The translations under genes were made by a program, and so were the position numbers. This document shows, piece after piece, positions 59,515-64,000 of a stretch of 64,000 nt of DNA. Origin of the DNA: Candidatus Dormiibacterota bacterium (GTDB lineage Bacteria; Chloroflexota; Dormibacteria; Aeolococcales; Aeolococcaceae); assembly GCA_963830305.1 (NCBI GenBank), contig CAWHLW010000004.1:154303-218302 (forward strand), written 5' to 3'. Every line of letters begins with the position of its first letter. The stretch's first letter is position 1. The notes beneath the pieces are model-generated. The model saw nothing but the letters and a program-made list of their open reading frames with translations. It was not told the DNA's origin and ran no database searches.

Positions 59515-61053
59515 GTGCAGATGATCGCGCGATCCAGGGCGATCCCGCTGTCGCAACATACCCAGCAGCGGCTTCTTGAAATCCTCCCGGGCGCGCTGAC
59601 GTGGTTCGCCCTGCTCGTTCCTGTGATCGCAGCGTTCGCCATCAGGCTGAACGACGACGGGATGCTGTGGATCCTCGGCCTCGGCGCGGTCCTGCTCGAT
59701 GCCTACTGGCTGGTGCGGACCACGGTGACGGTCCGAGGCGTCCGCCAGACGCTCAAAGCGCTCACCGCGACCGAGGCCATCGACTGGTGGCAGCGGTGCG
59801 AGGAGTTCGAGGCAGCGCTGCCGGAGGGCGCGCCGGCACCGTCCGAGGTGGTCCACTGCGCACTGATCCCGACGTACACGGAATCCTACGACGTGCTCCG
59901 CGCCACCGTGGCCGCACTCGCGGCGCAGAACTACCCGGAACACCTTCGCGTCTGCGCGATCATCACCCGCGAGACCGACACCGGCGGCATCGAGAACGTG
60001 GACAAACTCCGCCAGGAGTTCGCCGAGTCGTTCCGGTTGTTTCTGCACATCCGGGATCCCCTGCTTCCCGGCATCGTCGTCGGCAAGTCGGCGGCGATGG
60101 CGTATGGCGGTCCCGTCCTCAAGGCCGCCTGCGACGAGCTCGGTCTCGACCCGGCGCGCACGATGGTGACCGACCTCGATTCAGATTTCCGGCTGCACCC
60201 TCAGTACTTCGCGTACCTCACGCTGCAGTTCTGCTCAGCGCAGGATCGCCTGTTCTCGATATGGCAGCCGGTGCCGGTGTTTCTCAACAACATCTGGCGC
60301 GTCCCGACCGCGGTGCGCGTCATGGCGACCGCGGCCACGCAGTGGCAGATGTTCCTGCACCAGAATCCGCACCGGCTGGTGATGTTCTCCTCGTACACGT
60401 TGTCGCTCCAGCTGCTGGCCGATGTTGGCTACTGGGACAGCGACGTGATTCCCGAGGACTCGCGCTTCTTCTGGAAGGCGTTCTTCCACTGTGGCGGCAA
60501 GCTCAACACCAGGCCGGCATTCCTTCCCGTGTATGGCGATGCGCCCCGAGCTCGTGGCTATGCAGCAACCCATGCGTCGCAGTACAACCAGATCAAGCGA
60601 TGGGCCTGGGGAGCGACCGATATCCCTTACGTCACCTCACGAATGCTGAGTCACCCGGAGATCCCGTGGCGCCAGCGCGCGCGGCGTTACGCCAATCTCA
60701 TCTTCAACCATCTGACCTGGGCGACGCTGCCGTTGCTGCTCTTCTTTGGCGGCGCCCTGCCGGCATTCATCGACCTGGATTACAGCCTCTCGTCCACCGC
60801 GGCATTGCTCGGGAGTGTCTCTGCGAGCATCCTCACCATCACGCTGCTGAACACGCTCCTGCTCGTGCAGGTGGACTATCGGATCTGCCCAAAGCCCAGG
60901 GAGTGGCCGTGGTGGCGCCGGCGATGGGCGGAGCTGCAGCTGTTCACCTACCCCGTCGTGGGACTGGCGCTGAGCGTCATTCCCGCGCTTGAAGCCCAGA
61001 CCCGGCTGATGTTCGGTGCGTACCTCGAGTACCGCGTCACGGAAAAGGAATAG
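59515..61053 (+). CDS. membrane glycosyltransferase family 2 (cellulose-synthase-like fold)
   Basis: N-terminal TMs, GT-A core (PTYTES, DLDSDF, QWQMF...RFFWK), C-terminal TMs. 512 aa. Confidence 0.65.
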   Translation: MQMIARSRAIPLSQHTQQRLLEILPGALTWFALLVPVIAAFAIRLNDDGMLWILGLGAVLLDAYWLVRTTVTVRGVRQTLKALTATEAIDWWQRCEEFEAALPEGAPAPSEVVHCALIPTYTESYDVLRATVAALAAQNYPEHLRVCAIITRETDTGGIENVDKLRQEFAESFRLFLHIRDPLLPGIVVGKSAAMAYGGPVLKAACDELGLDPARTMVTDLDSDFRLHPQYFAYLTLQFCSAQDRLFSIWQPVPVFLNNIWRVPTAVRVMATAATQWQMFLHQNPHRLVMFSSYTLSLQLLADVGYWDSDVIPEDSRFFWKAFFHCGGKLNTRPAFLPVYGDAPRARGYAATHASQYNQIKRWAWGATDIPYVTSRMLSHPEIPWRQRARRYANLIFNHLTWATLPLLLFFGGALPAFIDLDYSLSSTAALLGSVSASILTITLLNTLLLVQVDYRICPKPREWPWWRRRWAELQLFTYPVVGLALSVIPALEAQTRLMFGAYLEYRVTEKE

Positions 61054-61065
61054 CGCCGCTCGCTG

Positions 61066-62185
61066 TCAGCGTTCAAGCACCTTCTCATAGGTTTCGAAGG
61101 TCAGCTCGGCAGCGCGTCTCCATGTGAAGGTGGAAGCCCATGCGAGGCCTTCGGTGCGACGCCGATCGCGCTCCGCCGAGTCATCGAGCAGTTGATTGAT
61201 CGCGGTGGCCATCGCAGGTGCGTCGCCGTCCGGCACCATGTATGCGACGGAGCCGCTCACCTCGGCAAGCGATGAGTTGTCGAAGACGACCGCGGGCGTG
61301 CCGCACGCCATCAACTCCAGCGGTGGCAGTCCAAAGCCCTCATACGCCGACGTGAACACGAACACTTCCGCCGCGGTATAGAGCGCGACGAGGTCGTCGC
61401 TGCTGACGTGGCCGATCACGCGCGCGTGCTCGCCAAGGCCCGCGCGATCCAGCTCGTCGGTCACGAAGCGCGTGAAGGTTCCCTGATCGCCGGCGATGAC
61501 AAGCGCGACGTCGTGGTCATGACGAACGCGCCGGACCACGTCGGCAAGCAGCGCGATCCGTTTGCGAGGGTCGAAGGTGCCGACAGCGAGCAGGAACGGT
61601 CCGTCGACACGCAATCTGGACCGCAGCCGCTGTACCGCTTCGTCGGACGCAGGCTGGAAGATCCGGCGAGATTCCCTCGGGAATGACTGTGATCCGCTGC
61701 GGATCGGTGCGCGTGAAGCGGAGCACGTCACGCCGCGTCGACTCGGACACCGCGATCACCGCGTCAGCCCGCCTCAGCAGGCGCAATCCAGGCACGCGCG
61801 CTCGCCGGACCCACGGGTAATCACGCGGCATCACAAACGGGATCAGGTCGTGCACGGTGACCACGACCGGCAGGCGTGTGCGCACCGGTTGTCCGAATTC
61901 GATTGCGTGGTAGAGATCGGCACGTGCACCGCGAAGCGCACGAGCCACGAACAACGTGTCGGCGACGGGCTGCAGGGTGGGGTGGATCACCGGGATCCGA
62001 CGCGTCTGGGCTCGGAGAATCCCCGAGGCACCGGCCGGCGGCTCCTGGTGAGCGGAGAGGAGCAGGCTCACCTGTGGGGGCTGCTCGAGTTCAGCGAATC
62101 CCGCCAGCAGGCCCCGCTCGTAGCTTCCGATGCCGCGAACCGATGAGGCTCCCTGCAGCGGACGCCCATCCATGACCACCCTCAT
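61066..62185 (-). CDS. glycosyltransferase family 4 (GT-B); frame break near 61655-61665
   Basis: N-terminal MRVVMDGRPLQG...VTVHDLIPF in one frame. C-terminal GPFLLAVGTFDPRKR...SAYEGFGLPPLELMACGTPAVVFDNSS in the other frame. Confidence 0.7.
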
Positions 62186-62264
62186 CGTGGGGGGCTCGCT
62201 GGAGAGGGCACGACCGAAGAGTTTGTCGGATAGACTGGCTCCGGTGACGATTCAAGAGCGTGAC

Positions 62265-62804
62265 GTGGTGGAACGGCTGCGCTCACTGATCCGTGATGTC
62301 CCCGATTTCCCCCGGCCAGGCATCGTTTTCAAGGACATCACCCTGTTGCTCGGCGATGCTGTCGCGTTTCATGCTGCGATCGGGGCGCTCGCGGAACCCT
62401 ACGTCGACCAGGGTGTGGATATCGTCGCCGGCATCGAGTCGCGTGGTTTCATTCTTGGAGGCGCCGTTGCCGACCGCCTCGGTGCGGGTTTCGCGCTCGT
62501 CCGCAAGGAGGGGCGCCTGCCGTCGGATCGGATCTCGCAGGCGTATACCCTCGAGTACGGCGAAGCGATCGTCGAGATGCACTCGGATGCCATTGCGCCG
62601 GGCCAGCGCGTCTTGATCGTCGACGACCTGCTCGCCACCGGCGGCACCGCCGGCGCCGCGGGCGCCCTCGTCGACCGCCTCGGGGGCGATATCGTGGGCT
62701 TTGCCTTTTTGATCGAGTTGAGCGCGCTCGGGGGATCTGCCGCGCTCGGCGGGCGCCCGTACACGGCGCTGTTGCGTACGAAGACCGATGGAGGAATCAG
62801 GTGA
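62265..62804 (+). CDS. apt: adenine phosphoribosyltransferase
   Basis: [39 protein letters not shown]. Start could instead be GTG 62244. Confidence 0.85.
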   Translation: MVERLRSLIRDVPDFPRPGIVFKDITLLLGDAVAFHAAIGALAEPYVDQGVDIVAGIESRGFILGGAVADRLGAGFALVRKEGRLPSDRISQAYTLEYGEAIVEMHSDAIAPGQRVLIVDDLLATGGTAGAAGALVDRLGGDIVGFAFLIELSALGGSAALGGRPYTALLRTKTDGGIR

Positions 62805-64000
62805 CCAACGTTTTGAAAGTGTCGGAGTCCGATGTCGCGGATCCGAGCCTGGCTGGAGAGGGTCAGCGCCTCATCGACTGGGCGGCGCGGGAGATGCCGG
62901 TCCTGCGCATCATCCGTGAGCGTTTCGCGCGCGAGCGGCCGCTCGAGGGTCTGCGTCTCGGCGCCTGCCTCCACGTCACCAGTGAGACTGCGAACCTCGC
63001 CATCACCCTGAAGGCAGGTGGCGCACACGTGAGCCTCTGCGCGAGCAACCCCCTGTCCACGCAGGATGCTGTCGCTGCAGCACTTGCGCGTCAGCATGGG
63101 ATCCCCACCTATGCCGTCAAGGGCGAGGACTCGGCGAGCTATTACTCGCACATCCAGGCGGTGCTCGACACGCACCCACAGGTGACCATGGATGACGGTG
63201 CAGACCTCGTCGCGGAGCTGCACAAGGGTCGCCGTGAGCTGCTCGAGGACGTCATCGCGGGAACTGAGGAAACCACGACCGGTGTGATCCGGCTGCGCGC
63301 GATGGCGCAGGATGGCGCGCTGAAGTTTCCGATCATCGCGGTCAACGAGGCGCTCACCAAGCATCTCTTCGACAATCGGTACGGCACGGGTCAGAGCACG
63401 ATCGACGGCCTGATCAGGGCCACCAACGTGCTGCTCGCCGGCAAGACCTTCGTCGTCTGTGGATACGGGTGGTGCGGCCGTGGCCTCGCCAGCCGTGCAA
63501 CCGGGCTCGGCGCACACGTGATCGTCACCGAGGTGGACCCGACCCGCGCGCTGGAGGCGGTCATGGACGGCTACCGGGTCATGCCGCTCGCAGACGCGGC
63601 GCCGGAGGCCGACATCGTGATCACCGTCACCGGCGACATCAACGTCATCGATCGCGGGTCGATCGAGCGCTTCAAGGACGGCGCGATCATCGCCAACAGC
63701 GGCCATTTCAACGACGAGATCAACCTCGCCGCGATCGACGACATGTCGGTCGAGGTCACTGCGCCGCGCACCTTCGTGCAGTCCCATCGTCTGCATGACG
63801 GACGCACCATCCACGTGCTCGCCGAGGGCCGCCTGCTCAACCTCGCCGCGGCGGAGGGTCATCCGGCGGCGGTGATGGACATGAGCTTCGCCAACCAGGC
63901 GTTGTGTGCCGAGTACATCGCCAAGCACCACAAGGAGTTGGGGCTCGGCGTCCACGACGTGCCCCAGGCCATCGACCGCGAGGTTGCGCGCCTCAAGCTG
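62801..64000 (+). CDS. ahcY: adenosylhomocysteinase (3'-truncated by window edge)
   Basis: GTG 62801 overlaps the apt TGA. Motifs [16 protein letters not shown]-binding [19 protein letters not shown]. Not in the ORF track because no stop is reached. Confidence 0.9.
   Translation, partial: MTNVLKVSESDVADPSLAGEGQRLIDWAAREMPVLRIIRERFARERPLEGLRLGACLHVTSETANLAITLKAGGAHVSLCASNPLSTQDAVAAALARQHGIPTYAVKGEDSASYYSHIQAVLDTHPQVTMDDGADLVAELHKGRRELLEDVIAGTEETTTGVIRLRAMAQDGALKFPIIAVNEALTKHLFDNRYGTGQSTIDGLIRATNVLLAGKTFVVCGYGWCGRGLASRATGLGAHVIVTEVDPTRALEAVMDGYRVMPLADAAPEADIVITVTGDINVIDRGSIERFKDGAIIANSGHFNDEINLAAIDDMSVEVTAPRTFVQSHRLHDGRTIHVLAEGRLLNLAAAEGHPAAVMDMSFANQALCAEYIAKHHKELGLGVHDVPQAIDREVARLKL

Noticed and set aside
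62399-63955. 518-aa minus-strand ORF
   Set aside because: Antisense to ahcY, whose plus-strand frame shows NAD-binding and SAHase signatures. The ORF track missed ahcY only because no stop is reached before the window end.

Overview
This is a ~70% GC bacterial chromosomal segment. The gene content looks Actinomycetota-like, possibly a deep-branching high-GC Gram-positive lineage; that placement is inference from LCP proteins, a GT87/DUF2029 protein, GTG/TTG starts and frequent 1-4 bp stop/start overlaps. It is mostly core metabolism and I found no canonical defense system or prophage.

Gene blocks in order:
- 1-9.8 kb: GNAT, Ycf45-like AAA+/R3H ATPase, tmk, then a fatty-acid beta-oxidation block (crotonase, a membrane EtfD-like Fe-S reductase, SCP2, 3-hydroxyacyl-CoA dehydrogenase) and a GT87 membrane protein.
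- 9.8-22.8 kb: a propionate module (methylmalonyl-CoA epimerase, MCM catalytic domain, PccB), an AI-2E transporter, an aldo/keto reductase, sucC-sucD, three acyl-CoA dehydrogenases and a thiolase.
- 22.8-29.2 kb: a secreted hypothetical, Qor, an LCP protein, Pfk, a PD40 propeller and a second LCP.
- 29.3-31.9 kb: MeaB plus a second mutase large subunit carrying the isobutyryl-CoA-mutase Phe/Gln signature.
- 31.9-39.3 kb: a compact polyphosphate operon (OmpR-type response regulator, Ppx/GppA, PhoU, Ppk1, CYTH-CHAD, histidine phosphatase).
- 39.3-49.8 kb: alkA, DUF2905, and a pyrimidine operon in the order pyrB-pyrR-pyrC-carA-carB-pyrK-pyrD (class 1B DHOD).
- 49.8-64 kb: amt, a membrane GGDEF(GGDEL)-EAL protein, GNAT, NfuA-like, ATP-grasp, ArsR+SRPBCC, tRNA-Lys(UUU), plsC, an acidic/basic low-complexity protein, GT2, GT4, apt and a 3'-truncated ahcY.

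Things worth a second look:
- A 126-bp inverted-repeat element with a translationally coupled mini-ORF sits between sucC and sucD (MIRU/MITE-like).
- Seven reading-frame breaks fall at short homopolymers (PD40, icmA, sixA-like, carA, carA/carB junction, arsR, GT4), which points to sequencing indels rather than pseudogenes.
- Two ~0.9 kb patches of atypical codon third-position usage lie at exactly two junction anomalies (sucC/sucD and carA/carB).
- An unusual protein combines a poly-Asp head with a histone-H1-like tail built from 24-bp tandem repeats.

Many long antisense ORFs in the six-frame track are GC artefacts and were rejected.
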